A stretch of 64,000 bases of DNA. Origin: Candidatus Saccharibacteria bacterium RIFCSPHIGHO2_12_FULL_41_12 (GTDB taxonomy: Bacteria; Patescibacteriota; Saccharimonadia; Saccharimonadales; 2-12-FULL-41-12). Shown piece by piece: positions 16,030-25,489 of this stretch (positions are counted from its first letter, which is position 1; every line of letters begins with the position of its first letter). The stretch is taken from positions 90,676 through 154,675 of the forward strand of contig MGCQ01000008.1 of the NCBI GenBank assembly GCA_001790445.1. Direction: 5' to 3'. A program made the position numbers and the translations under genes. The notes beneath the pieces were generated by a model. It had not been told where the DNA came from. It saw nothing but the letters and a program-made list of their open reading frames with translations, and did not search any database.

Positions 16030-16395
16030 ATGAAAAGCGAATACGAAGTCGCAATTATATTTGACCCACAGCTTTCTGTAGATTTGGAAAAAGCTACTAC
16101 TAAAATAGAGCAAATTTTCAAAAAAAACGACGTAAAAATACTAAAAAGCGACAATTGGGGTAAGAAAAACTTAGCCTACAGAATTGGTCAACATACTGAA
16201 GGAATTTACATATTCTATAATATCGAAGTCGTCGGTGAAAATGTCGCCAAACTCGAATCAACTTTTAATATTACAGATGAGATTATCCGATATTTGGTGG
16301 TTAAAATCGACCACAAAAAGGTAGAGAAAATCGAAAAGCTAAAGCAGATCAAAAAAAGTAAAATGCCAGCAGTGGCAAGTGAGACAAAGGAATAA
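16030..16395 (+). CDS. rpsF: 30S ribosomal protein S6
   Basis: S6-like N-terminus (YEVAIIFDPQLS...WGKKNLAYRI). rpsF-ssb-rpsR synteny. Confidence 0.9.
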   Translation: MKSEYEVAIIFDPQLSVDLEKATTKIEQIFKKNDVKILKSDNWGKKNLAYRIGQHTEGIYIFYNIEVVGENVAKLESTFNITDEIIRYLVVKIDHKKVEKIEKLKQIKKSKMPAVASETKE

Positions 16396-16407
16396 TAGGA
16401 GGATCAA

Positions 16408-16881
16408 ATGGCAAGAAGTTTTAACCAAGTAACACTTATGGGTAATCTAACGCGTGACCCAGAGCTAAGACAAATACCAAGCGGTCAAAGTGTCTGTAGC
16501 TTTAGTCTTGCGCTTAATCGTAGTTATAAAGGTTCTGATGGAGAATGGAAAGAAGTTACAGATTACGTAGATATAGTAGCGTGGGGGCCCTTGGGCGAAA
16601 GAGTAGCTCAATACATAACAAAAGGACGACCAGTGTTAGTTAGTGGACGTTTGCAAAGCAGATCATGGGAACAAGACGGTCAAAAACGAAGCAAACTTGA
16701 AGTCATTGCCCAGGACGTTACTTTTTTGGGTAATGCAGGTGGTGGTGCACCAGCATCTGTCCAGACGAGCGAAGAGGCTCCTGCGGCGGCGCCAAGCAAA
16801 GCCAAAGCATCCAGCAAAAAAGATGACACCAGCGGCGAAATAGATGATGAGCCAATTAATTTAGATGACATACCTTTCTAG
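16408..16881 (+). CDS. ssb: single-stranded DNA-binding protein
   Basis: OB-fold sequence (VTLMGNLTRDPELR), Gly/Ala-rich linker and acidic tip DDIPF. Confidence 0.95.
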   Translation: MARSFNQVTLMGNLTRDPELRQIPSGQSVCSFSLALNRSYKGSDGEWKEVTDYVDIVAWGPLGERVAQYITKGRPVLVSGRLQSRSWEQDGQKRSKLEVIAQDVTFLGNAGGGAPASVQTSEEAPAAAPSKAKASSKKDDTSGEIDDEPINLDDIPF

Positions 16882-17036
16882 AAACCAAAGAAAGAAGAAA
16901 CAAGAAATGAGAAACAAGCACGAAATAATAAATCAAAAACAAAACGGCAATCAGATTGTTTCGAATTTGAGAATTTCTAGTTTGTTTAGGATTTTGGGCT
17001 TAGGATTTAGAATTTAACGACTAAAAGGAGTAAAAC

Positions 17037-17237
17037 ATGGCAAAGATATTTAGACACAGAGAAGAAGTCCCATATTTTGACTATAAGGATTTCAAGAATT
17101 TACAGAGATACGTTAACCAATATGGTCAGATAGAACCGCGCAAACGCACAGGACTACGTGAGTCAGAACAAAAGCGTTTGGCAACGGCTATCAAAAGAGC
17201 CAGACACTTGGCGCTTCTGCCTTTTGTCAACAAATAA
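17037..17237 (+). CDS. rpsR: 30S ribosomal protein S18
   Basis: RKRTGL...[19 protein letters not shown]. Confidence 0.9.
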   Translation: MAKIFRHREEVPYFDYKDFKNLQRYVNQYGQIEPRKRTGLRESEQKRLATAIKRARHLALLPFVNK

Positions 17238-17253
17238 ACGGTTAGGCGAGTAA

Positions 17254-17553
17254 ATGAACGATTTATATAGAGATGTTATCAACCTAAGACACAAACTAAA
17301 TAATGTTATTGATGATCATAGCCACCCTTCCTCGCAAGCGTTAAAACGTGAGGTTCAGAGACTTGAGGATGAAATGCAAGTTAAAAAACCTCTTAAGAGT
17401 TTAGAGTCACGGGTAAAACAGGTGATAGATTGTCTTAAGCAGGCTGAACGCGCATGCGTTATAAGTCAAGCGGATATTAACTATTTGCACAGACAGCTTG
17501 AAGTAATTTTGCAGTCACTAAGAAGTGGGAAAATATCATGGCATTCGGCATAA
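17254..17553 (+). CDS. hypothetical coiled-coil protein
   Basis: 99-aa ORF overlapping the efp start by 16 nt. Confidence 0.45.
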   Translation: MNDLYRDVINLRHKLNNVIDDHSHPSSQALKREVQRLEDEMQVKKPLKSLESRVKQVIDCLKQAERACVISQADINYLHRQLEVILQSLRSGKISWHSA

Positions 17554-18104
17554 CAGACCTAAAAAAGGGCACGATTTTTGAATATAACGCTGTCCCATAT
17601 AAAGTTGTTGAATATTCTCAGAAGGTTATGGGGCGGGGCGGTTCAATAGTTAATGTCAAAATTAAGAGTTTGATCGATGGGAAAGTGCTCGACAAGACGT
17701 TTAAAGGTAACGAACCTATCAGCCCAGCTCATGTTGAAAATTGTAGTGCTCAATACACCTACGAAGAAGGCAGCACGTATAATTTTATGGACCGAGAGAG
17801 CTTTGAGAATTACGAAGTTAGGGGCTCATTAATTGATGATATCATTGGATATTTTAAAGAAGGTGACGAAGTAACGGTCCAGAAATACGAAGGAAGAGTA
17901 ATCAATGTTAGTTTGCCTAAAAATGTTTTTCTTAGGGTTGTTTACGCAGAGGATGCCGTAAAAGGCGACACAAGTAGTGCCTTGACCAAAAACGCAGAAC
18001 TTGAGACAGGGCTGAAGGTCAAAGTGCCGGCTTTTATCAGGACAGGTGACGAAATAAGTATTGATGTAGCGACAGGTGCTTACCGTGAACGCAAAAAAGC
18101 TTAG
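17538..18104 (+). CDS. efp: elongation factor P
   Basis: 188 aa with the typical N-terminus DLKKGTIFEY...YKVVEY...GRGGS. Confidence 0.9.
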   Translation: MAFGITDLKKGTIFEYNAVPYKVVEYSQKVMGRGGSIVNVKIKSLIDGKVLDKTFKGNEPISPAHVENCSAQYTYEEGSTYNFMDRESFENYEVRGSLIDDIIGYFKEGDEVTVQKYEGRVINVSLPKNVFLRVVYAEDAVKGDTSSALTKNAELETGLKVKVPAFIRTGDEISIDVATGAYRERKKA

Positions 18105-18825
18105 GCTTGACCTAGCGCTGAGTCTGCGACGCAAGATCAGTAGAAGTCAGGCAGAGAATTTTGTAAAACTTGGTATGGTAAAAGTTAATAGTGTGGTGGC
18201 AAAAAAGCCAAGTGCATACGTACAAGCAAATGATAAACTTGAAATTACAGACCAAGAGACCTATGTATCAAGAGCTGGGCTGAAACTTGCATCTGTAGCT
18301 GAAATATTTAATATTAATTTTGAATCTGCCATAGTGCTCGATATTGGCAGTAGCACGGGTGGCTTTACTGACTATGCTCTGAAGCGTGGAGCAGCCAAGA
18401 TTATTGCTGTCGATGTCGGCACAAATCAGCTTCATCACACACTTCGCGGACATCCCAAAATTGAGCTACGAGAAAAAACAGACATCCGAAATATAGAGAA
18501 ATTAGAAGATAGAGTAAATATTGTGCTCATAGACGTGTCTTTTATTAGTATTCGTGAAATTCTCGAACATCTCCCAAAACTAATCGATAAAAATACAGAG
18601 GTAATAGCTATGGTTAAACCTCAATTTGAGGCATGGCAATCACAGCTCAAACACAAAGGAGTGATCAAAAATAATGCAATGCGCAGAGATATATTACATG
18701 ATTTTGAGCAGTGGGTTCGGGCAAAATACAAAATTGTATCCAAACAAGATTCTGGCGTTGCTGGGCAAAAAGGCAACCTAGAAAAATTTTATTTACTTAA
18801 ATTACTTACAAAAAAGAATTATTAA
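18076..18825 (+). CDS. tlyA: TlyA-family rRNA 2'-O-methyltransferase
   Basis: S4-like N-terminus (RLDLAL...) plus FtsJ motif LDIGSSTGGFTDYAL. The start may be GTG 18085. Confidence 0.85.
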   Translation: MLTVNAKKLRLDLALSLRRKISRSQAENFVKLGMVKVNSVVAKKPSAYVQANDKLEITDQETYVSRAGLKLASVAEIFNINFESAIVLDIGSSTGGFTDYALKRGAAKIIAVDVGTNQLHHTLRGHPKIELREKTDIRNIEKLEDRVNIVLIDVSFISIREILEHLPKLIDKNTEVIAMVKPQFEAWQSQLKHKGVIKNNAMRRDILHDFEQWVRAKYKIVSKQDSGVAGQKGNLEKFYLLKLLTKKNY

Positions 18826-18924
18826 AAAGCCATATGTGCAAATGCTTATGCTAAACTTATCTTTGATGATTATGGCTTACACACTTGAGACTAAAATTGC
18901 TTTTTCTTTGAGAAATGGGACGAA

Positions 18925-19581
18925 ATGAGGTATTTCAAAAATAGAGCAGAGGCCGGCGCAGAACTTGCCGATATACTTAGTGATCTGACAGCTGACAATA
19001 CTGTAGTTATTGCCGTTGATGAAAAATCAGTTTTAGTCGGAGAGCCAATTGCGAAGAGAACCAACAGCACGCTTTTTATGTTGGTAACTGATGAAGTTTA
19101 TGTGCCAGGCGAGTCAGAGCCTATCGCTACGCTGACTTCTGCTGATACTTATACGTATAATAGTTCCTATTCTGCCGGGCAAATTGAAGAACTTAATTCT
19201 GAATACAGTGGCGTTATCAACCAAAAACGCGACGAATCGTTCCATAAAATCAATCGCATTGTAGGAAAAGATGGGGCGATGGACAAGCGTCTTCTAAAAA
19301 GACATACGGCTATCGTCGTATCAGACGGGCTAAAAAATGGACGGACAATGGACGTTGTTAAAGATTTTTTCAAGCCTATTGTCCTGGAGAAACTTATAGT
19401 GGTTGCGGTGCTGGCAACCGCAGATGCTATAGATAAAATGCACATTACTGCAGATGAGATACACTGTCTCAGCGTTGTTAATAACTTTATTACCACAGAT
19501 CATTACTACGAAGAAAATGTTGCACCCACCCATGAGGAAATAATCTCTATCATGAAGAATATGGTTTTTAATTGGAAATAA
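18925..19581 (+). CDS. hypothetical protein, phosphoribosyltransferase-like
   Basis: N-terminus FKNRAEAGAELADIL resembles predicted PRTase family proteins. Weak call. Confidence 0.4.
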   Translation: MRYFKNRAEAGAELADILSDLTADNTVVIAVDEKSVLVGEPIAKRTNSTLFMLVTDEVYVPGESEPIATLTSADTYTYNSSYSAGQIEELNSEYSGVINQKRDESFHKINRIVGKDGAMDKRLLKRHTAIVVSDGLKNGRTMDVVKDFFKPIVLEKLIVVAVLATADAIDKMHITADEIHCLSVVNNFITTDHYYEENVAPTHEEIISIMKNMVFNWK

Positions 19582-19705
19582 AGCAAGCAGATTGATAAAA
19601 AAGTGCTTGATTGTGGTTAAAAACTTATGTTAGCCTAGTAATAAGACGATTAATACAAAAACCGTCTCGGCAAAAATATATACAAAAATAACTACCAATA
19701 CAAAA

Positions 19706-20653
19706 ATGAAAAACATAACAAAAAAGAATGTTTATTATGTGCATGGATTTAAAGAATCCAGCACAAATCGAAGGATAGGGCTCCCAGGCTATTTGCTGAC
19801 TTTTCTATTTGCTGGGTTTATTGTCTATGGAGTTTGGGCGAATTTAATTCCGAGTCCAGTCGTAGCTTTTCGGAGTGGTACAGAAAAAATTGCAGCCAAC
19901 ATATTAAATCAAGAGACAACACCTACGCAGGAGCCAAATATTAACGGAGCCACGTCAACTAAAAAACCACAAAAAATTAGGCACAAGAACAAAGAGCTAA
20001 ATCGACAATTAGTTACAAAGACTCGAGAATACAAAGATGTTAAATGGTCAATTTACGTCGAAGATATTAATTCTGGGCTGACTGCGTCGATCAACGAGAA
20101 TGACAGCTACAATATAGGCAGTGTTTCTAGGTTAGTTGCCTTGCCTGCACTGGAGTCAAAAATTAACCCTGATCGTTGGGGCAACTATTTGTTTGGCAAC
20201 TCCGTTAAACAATGTGTTGGTAGCGGGTTAGGGCAAAGTAACGACGCATGTTATGACAAATTAATGAAATATCTTGGCAAAGACTATATCAATAGCACCA
20301 TGAAAAGTTATGGATATGATATAGAGGTGAATAATGAGTTTAATGCCAAAGTTTCTCCGGAGGACCTCGGAGCATATTTGTCGGATATGAAACATGGCCA
20401 GAGCCTATTTTCCAAGACTAGAAGAGCGGTGTTTGATACTCTGTATACGCCAAAGCAGACTCCAGGCTTAAGTCTTGGTTGTGGTGATTGTAGAGTTGCC
20501 GACAAACAATCGTTTGATAAAAATATTGCCGTTGATGCGGGTATTGTTACCCACGGACCAAGAAGTTACGCTGTTGTGATCATGGCAGAAGGCGGAACGC
20601 TAGATCAGATTACAGACATAGCTCAGACTATTGATCGATATATGCAACCCTAG
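19706..20653 (+). CDS. hypothetical membrane-anchored secreted protein
   Basis: One N-terminal TM segment (LLTFLFAGFIVYGVWANLI). A possible beta-lactamase-like fold is not supportable by motif. Confidence 0.5.
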   Translation: MKNITKKNVYYVHGFKESSTNRRIGLPGYLLTFLFAGFIVYGVWANLIPSPVVAFRSGTEKIAANILNQETTPTQEPNINGATSTKKPQKIRHKNKELNRQLVTKTREYKDVKWSIYVEDINSGLTASINENDSYNIGSVSRLVALPALESKINPDRWGNYLFGNSVKQCVGSGLGQSNDACYDKLMKYLGKDYINSTMKSYGYDIEVNNEFNAKVSPEDLGAYLSDMKHGQSLFSKTRRAVFDTLYTPKQTPGLSLGCGDCRVADKQSFDKNIAVDAGIVTHGPRSYAVVIMAEGGTLDQITDIAQTIDRYMQP

Positions 20654-20671
20654 GCTTAAGGAGGGAAAACC
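20654..20671 (+). repeat. intergenic repeat module M2, copy 2
   Basis: GCTTAAGGAGGGAAAACC, identical to 571-588. Begins immediately after the stop codon at 20651-20653. Confidence 0.6.
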
Positions 20672-20680
20672 TCGTCTGTA

Positions 20681-20778
20681 GAATCGAATCAGTACCTAAA
20701 AGAGAGCGTTTCGAGCCGAGAAGATATCTTCTCGGTCTGCACTCCGCTTATACTCTCTTTTAGGTACTGATTCGATTC
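20681..20778. repeat. 98-nt hairpin with a perfect 26-bp stem and a nested 20-nt palindrome
   Basis: Arms 20681-20706 and 20753-20778 are exact reverse complements. Inner palindrome CCGAGAAGATATCTTCTCGG at 20716-20735. Confidence 0.8.
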
Positions 20779-20816
20779 CATCAGGATTTGTAACTCGTAC
20801 TAATTTTATAATCTTT

Positions 20817-20860
20817 AGAATATCATTTTTGATACACGTGTACAGAAAATGATATTTCTG
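20817..20860. repeat. palindrome module M3, copy 2 (inverted relative to 839-890)
   Basis: The reverse complement of 20819-20857 matches 845-883 at 37/39. ACACGTGT core. Confidence 0.7.
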
Positions 20861-20891
20861 GTTTATGCTATTTATGTTCTGAGTTTCTTTG

Positions 20892-20920
20892 TTACTTTCT
20901 TGGTCGGTACAAGAAAGTAA
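20892..20920. repeat. hairpin module M4 (TTACTTTCTTG/CAAGAAAGTAA)
   Basis: 11-bp perfect stem. Its 10-nt arms are identical to those of hairpin 30645-30674. Confidence 0.65.
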
Positions 20921-20990
20921 GATATAAACGTATTGAAAATAATTTGAGATAAAAGTCACAAATAATCAGTAGTTACTAAATTATAAGAAA

Positions 20991-21761
20991 TTAAGTTCTG
21001 AGTTTGTAGCCTCTGTTAAACAGACGAGAGTTTAGTAAATAAAGTCCAGCTACAAAAAGAGTTACTACTCCAATGCAAAGCCAGGGATTAACTTGTGAAT
21101 TGCCAAGGATGGCATAACGGACAGTGTTGACCATGTAATATATCGGGTTAAAAAGGATCAGTGTTTTGAACGGCTCAGGAAGCAAAGTAGCAGAGTAGAA
21201 GACTCCACCAAGGAAAATCATTGGTGACAGTATAAATGTTTGATAAAAACTTATATCATCAAATTTCTCTGCATTTAGTCCGATCAGTACACCCAAAAAA
21301 GCAAAAAACAAGCCTATTGTCGTTAAACTTGCGATTAGCATCAGCGGATGTGCTATAGAGAAGTCAGGGATCAATACACTCGCAGTAGAAATTATGATAA
21401 CAGCGATAATACAAGAACGGACAAACCCGCCCAGTGCATAGCCAAGAAAAAGCTGTACATTGGGGATTGGCGATGTTAATTGGTCGTCAATAGCTTTTTG
21501 GAATTTTTGCTGCAAAATAGATGAGCTGTTGTTTGAGAACACATTCATGGCAAATGACATCATCAGAAGTCCTGGAAAAATAAACAGTATATATGAAACA
21601 CCTTCAAGTTGGTTGATCCTAGAGCCCAGTGATGCCCCGAAAACGGTTATGAACAAAGAGGTTTCTAGTAGTGGGCCTAAGATAGTTTGGCGTTTAATAC
21701 TCCAAAATCTTGAGACTTCACGGCGCAAAATAGTATAGATTGGCAAAAATTGATCAAACAT
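20991..21761 (-). CDS. ABC-2 type transporter permease
   Basis: 256 aa with 6 hydrophobic segments. Start overlaps the stop of the upstream ATPase gene by 1 nt. Confidence 0.8.
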   Translation of the reverse strand: MFDQFLPIYTILRREVSRFWSIKRQTILGPLLETSLFITVFGASLGSRINQLEGVSYILFIFPGLLMMSFAMNVFSNNSSSILQQKFQKAIDDQLTSPIPNVQLFLGYALGGFVRSCIIAVIIISTASVLIPDFSIAHPLMLIASLTTIGLFFAFLGVLIGLNAEKFDDISFYQTFILSPMIFLGGVFYSATLLPEPFKTLILFNPIYYMVNTVRYAILGNSQVNPWLCIGVVTLFVAGLYLLNSRLFNRGYKLRT

Positions 21762-22510
21762 TAGCTATCCCTCTTTGTCCCATGGATTACGTCCAGATAT
21801 ATGCTCTCAAGATTCGTCCTTTTGTAATGTTTTTTGATATCAGCTTTTGTCCCTGAGTAAATAATTTTGCCTTTATTGATTAGAGCAATTTGGTCGCATA
21901 ACTCTTCTGCTTCTTCAATATAGTGAGTGGTTAGCAGAATTGTTGTGCCGGATTTGTTCTCATTTTTCATATATTTCCAGAGCTCGAGCCTTAGCTCTAT
22001 ATCAACGCCTGCTGTAGGTTCATCAAGAATTAGCACCTTCGGGCTGTGCATCAGAGCACGAGCGATCACTAGTCTTCTTTTCATCCCACCAGAAAGTGTA
22101 CGGATATTTTCTTTGCGTTTGTCACCCAACTTAAAAGCTTTAAGCAACGTGTCAATTTGCTTTTTTCTCTCATCACGCTTCATGCCGTGGTAGCCACCAT
22201 GATAGTCAAGGGTATCCTCTACACTCAAGAACCAATCTAAATTGATTTCTTGAGGCGACATACCAATGATTTTACGAGCTTTTTTGTAATCCCGGACGAC
22301 ATCGTAGTCAAATATTTTGGCCTGTCCACCAGTAGGGATTGAGAGACCAGTCAGACAGTGTATCAGAGTAGACTTGCCCGCTCCATTGGGGCCAAGTAGT
22401 CCAAAAAATGACCCTTCTGGCACTTGAAGATTGAGTTTATCAAGTGCTTTGAAATCATTCGAATAGCTTTTATCCAGATTATTAATACTAATTGCTATGT
22501 TTTTAGACAT
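21761..22510 (-). CDS. ABC transporter ATP-binding protein
   Basis: Walker A GPNGAGKST, signature LSGGMKRR, Walker B LILDEPTAGVD. Confidence 0.95.
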   Translation of the reverse strand: MSKNIAISINNLDKSYSNDFKALDKLNLQVPEGSFFGLLGPNGAGKSTLIHCLTGLSIPTGGQAKIFDYDVVRDYKKARKIIGMSPQEINLDWFLSVEDTLDYHGGYHGMKRDERKKQIDTLLKAFKLGDKRKENIRTLSGGMKRRLVIARALMHSPKVLILDEPTAGVDIELRLELWKYMKNENKSGTTILLTTHYIEEAEELCDQIALINKGKIIYSGTKADIKKHYKRTNLESIYLDVIHGTKRDS

Positions 22511-23600
22511 TAAATTTGAACTCCACCACGTCGTCGGGTTTCATGACGTAGTTTTTCCCTTCAGTTCTTATTTTACCAGAATTTTTGGCCTTTTGTTCTG
22601 TGCCTGCCTGGACCAAATCATTGTAATCAACTATCTGAGCAGCTATAAACCCTTTTTCAAAATCTGTATGGATGACCCCAGCAGCTTGTGGTGCTGTAGC
22701 ACCTTGTTTGATGGTCCAGGCCCGAACTTCCTTGGGGCCCCCGGTCAAATAGCTTTGTAAGCCGAGTGTGTCATAGGCCGCATGGATTACCTTGACCAGA
22801 CCAGATTCACTCTGCCCATAGCTTTTTAGCATTTCTTGTTGCTCGGACGTTTCAAGACTGCGCAGTTCATCCTCTAGCTTGGCGCAGACAAAAATAGCAA
22901 TGGCTGGCTCAACAATATGAGATAGTTCCTTCTTAAAAATATCATTTTGCAGATCGTCCTCGTCCAGGTTAAAAAGATAAATCATCGGTTTTGCAGTTAG
23001 AAGCTGCAAACTCTGGAGTAGCTTTATGCTTTGTTCGTCATCTGTCTTAATAATCTCAGGGTGCTTATGGAGAGGAGTCCCAGCTTCTAGGATGTCTTTT
23101 ATTTTGGTCAAAAGTCCAGCTTGGGGTTTTAATTTTGGGTTAGACCGAGATTCTTTTTCTATTTTGGGTAGTGATTTGGTCACTGTTGAAAGATCAGCAA
23201 GGACTAATTCGATAGAGATTATATCAATGTCATAAGTCGGGTTTTTACTGGATTCACTACGGATGATATTCTTGTCGTTAAAAGCTCTAACCACCTGGAT
23301 AATAGCCTTACATTCACGGATATGACTAAGAAATTGGTTGCCAAGACCCTCGCCCTTGCTGGCGCCCTCAACAAGTCCTGCAATATCTACAAATTCTACA
23401 GTAGCAGGCAGGATTTTTGGACTACTATAAATCTTTGCCAGCGTTTTCAATCGGTCATCAGGCACGGGCACAATACCGCTATTTGGCTCAATTGTGGCAA
23501 AAGGGTAGTTGGCCGCCAGCGCCGAACTGTCAGTTAGAGCGTTAAACAAAGTCGACTTGCCAACATTTGGTAAGCCAACTATCCCAATAGATAAACTCAT
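22503..23600 (-). CDS. ychF: redox-regulated ATPase YchF
   Basis: GIVGLPNVGKSTLFNALT G1 motif and a C-terminal TGS-like domain. Confidence 0.95.
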   Translation of the reverse strand: MSLSIGIVGLPNVGKSTLFNALTDSSALAANYPFATIEPNSGIVPVPDDRLKTLAKIYSSPKILPATVEFVDIAGLVEGASKGEGLGNQFLSHIRECKAIIQVVRAFNDKNIIRSESSKNPTYDIDIISIELVLADLSTVTKSLPKIEKESRSNPKLKPQAGLLTKIKDILEAGTPLHKHPEIIKTDDEQSIKLLQSLQLLTAKPMIYLFNLDEDDLQNDIFKKELSHIVEPAIAIFVCAKLEDELRSLETSEQQEMLKSYGQSESGLVKVIHAAYDTLGLQSYLTGGPKEVRAWTIKQGATAPQAAGVIHTDFEKGFIAAQIVDYNDLVQAGTEQKAKNSGKIRTEGKNYVMKPDDVVEFKFNV

Positions 23601-23716
23601 ACAATGTATTTTAACAGATGTAGAGCTTCTTGCATATGTAAAAAACTATCAACCTCAAACTTTTATTATTCTAATTGCTTTACCAGCAAAGCGTTTATGC
23701 TATAATTTAATTAATT

Positions 23717-24754
23717 ATGAGTATATTGAGTGGGGTATCAGAATTTTTCGGACTAGACATCGGCTCAACTGCTATTAGAGTGGTCCAATTATCTTCTGGT
23801 CCAAAAAAACAGCTCCTTCGTTACGGGATGGTTCCTATAGAAGCAAAGATAGCTCTAAGTGATAGCAAGGCAGATCAACAAAAAGTCGCAGCTAAAGTCC
23901 AAGAAGTTATAGCCGCAGCTAAGATAACAACTAAAAATGTCGCTGTAGGGTTACCTTCGACAAGAGTGTTTACAATGGTGACAGACATCGACAGGTTGCC
24001 GCCCCATGAATTGACCAAATCAATAAAATATCAAGCAGATTCGTTGATACCCACTCCTATAGAAGCTTCAAAAATAGACTGGGCAGTTATAGGTGATTCT
24101 CCAGAGAGTAGCAATAAGGTGGAGCTTTTGCTGTCAAGTGTTACAAATGATTACGTAGAAGCAAAGCTTGATCTTCTGGAGTCAATTGGGCTGAATGTTA
24201 TTGCCTTTGAACCCGACAATTTGGTGCTGACAAGATCAATGCTTCCACCAGATGCAAATACAACAAATATGATACTTGATATTGGTAGTCTTAATACAGA
24301 TTTAGTGATTACTATTGATAATATTCCCAGACTTATCAGAGCAGTTCCTACAGGTTCGGAAGCGATTATTAAATCAGCCATGTCAAACCTGAGCATAGAC
24401 GAGAAGCAGGCCACCGAATTTGTATTTAAATTTGGTCTTTCTCAGCAGAAACTAGAAGGACAAGTTTACAATGGCATTATTGGGACCATAGATCTGCTGG
24501 TTTCTGATATAGAGAAATCAATAAAATTCTTCCAAACTCGCTACAAGGATAAAAAAGTTGAGAAGATTGTTATGACGGGGGCTGCCTCATCTTTGCCAGA
24601 ATTTCCTCTGTACATTGCTAACAAATTGGGCGTCAATGTAGAAATAGGCAATTCTTGGAGGAATGTTGCTTATGATCCAGCTCGGCAAAACGAGTTAATG
24701 AATCTTTCCAACCATTTTGGGGTAGCCGTTGGGCTCGCAGAAAGGAACATATAG
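23717..24754 (+). CDS. pilM: type IV pilus assembly protein PilM
   Basis: Actin-like ATPase fold N-terminus (FFGLDIGSTAIRVVQL). First gene of the pilus locus. Confidence 0.85.
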   Translation: MSILSGVSEFFGLDIGSTAIRVVQLSSGPKKQLLRYGMVPIEAKIALSDSKADQQKVAAKVQEVIAAAKITTKNVAVGLPSTRVFTMVTDIDRLPPHELTKSIKYQADSLIPTPIEASKIDWAVIGDSPESSNKVELLLSSVTNDYVEAKLDLLESIGLNVIAFEPDNLVLTRSMLPPDANTTNMILDIGSLNTDLVITIDNIPRLIRAVPTGSEAIIKSAMSNLSIDEKQATEFVFKFGLSQQKLEGQVYNGIIGTIDLLVSDIEKSIKFFQTRYKDKKVEKIVMTGAASSLPEFPLYIANKLGVNVEIGNSWRNVAYDPARQNELMNLSNHFGVAVGLAERNI

Positions 24755-24757
24755 TCG

Positions 24758-25489
24758 ATGGTTCAATTTAATTTATTACCAGACATAAAACTTGAGTTTA
24801 TTAAAACCCAAGCCCGCAAAAGATTAATTATTCTGGCCTCTTTTATTACCAGCGCAGTTTTTTTGACTATATTTATACTGCTTTTGATCAATGTTAAATT
24901 TGCTCAACACAAAAGGATGAACGATCTCACAAAAGATATAAAATCAAGCGTAGCAACAATTCGCAAGACACAAGATTTAGACAAGATCATTACTGTACAG
25001 AACCAACTTGCAAGTTTGCCAGGGCTTCATGACCAAAAAATAATTAGTTCAAGAATCACTGATTATCTGATACAACTCACACCAGCGAACGTAAAAATAA
25101 CAGATGTTGACGCAGACTTCGTTGCAAATACTTTTAGTATCAAGGGGACAGCATCAGAATTATCAACAGTTAATCAATTTGTAGATACTTTGAAGTTTAC
25201 AACCTTTAAGGTCAACACAGAAGGCGGACCTGAAGGTAAGGCATTCAGCGGAGTTGTTTTATCGAGCTTTTCAGTACAGGATAAAGCTACAAATCCGGCA
25301 GAAAAGGTTACATTTAATATAAGCGCCACTTTTGATCCGTATTTATTCAAAATGATTAAAAAAGAGGGTCTAGCCGAGGACAAGGCAGTGAGCCTAGTCA
25401 TTCCGAATATTATTTCGACGAGATCTGTAACTGAAAAGCCAACAGATCTTTTTGGGGCACCGCCGGTAGTACCAAAGGAGGGTCAGTAA
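24758..25489 (+). CDS. pilN: type IV pilus assembly protein PilN-like
   Basis: N-terminal FNLLPD motif followed by a single TM segment. Confidence 0.7.
   Translation: MVQFNLLPDIKLEFIKTQARKRLIILASFITSAVFLTIFILLLINVKFAQHKRMNDLTKDIKSSVATIRKTQDLDKIITVQNQLASLPGLHDQKIISSRITDYLIQLTPANVKITDVDADFVANTFSIKGTASELSTVNQFVDTLKFTTFKVNTEGGPEGKAFSGVVLSSFSVQDKATNPAEKVTFNISATFDPYLFKMIKKEGLAEDKAVSLVIPNIISTRSVTEKPTDLFGAPPVVPKEGQ

Noticed and set aside
20696-20959. 87-aa minus-strand ORF in the convergent gap.
   Set aside because: It spans the 26-bp inverted repeat and the M3 and M4 palindromes. Its composition is low-complexity and it has no RBS.
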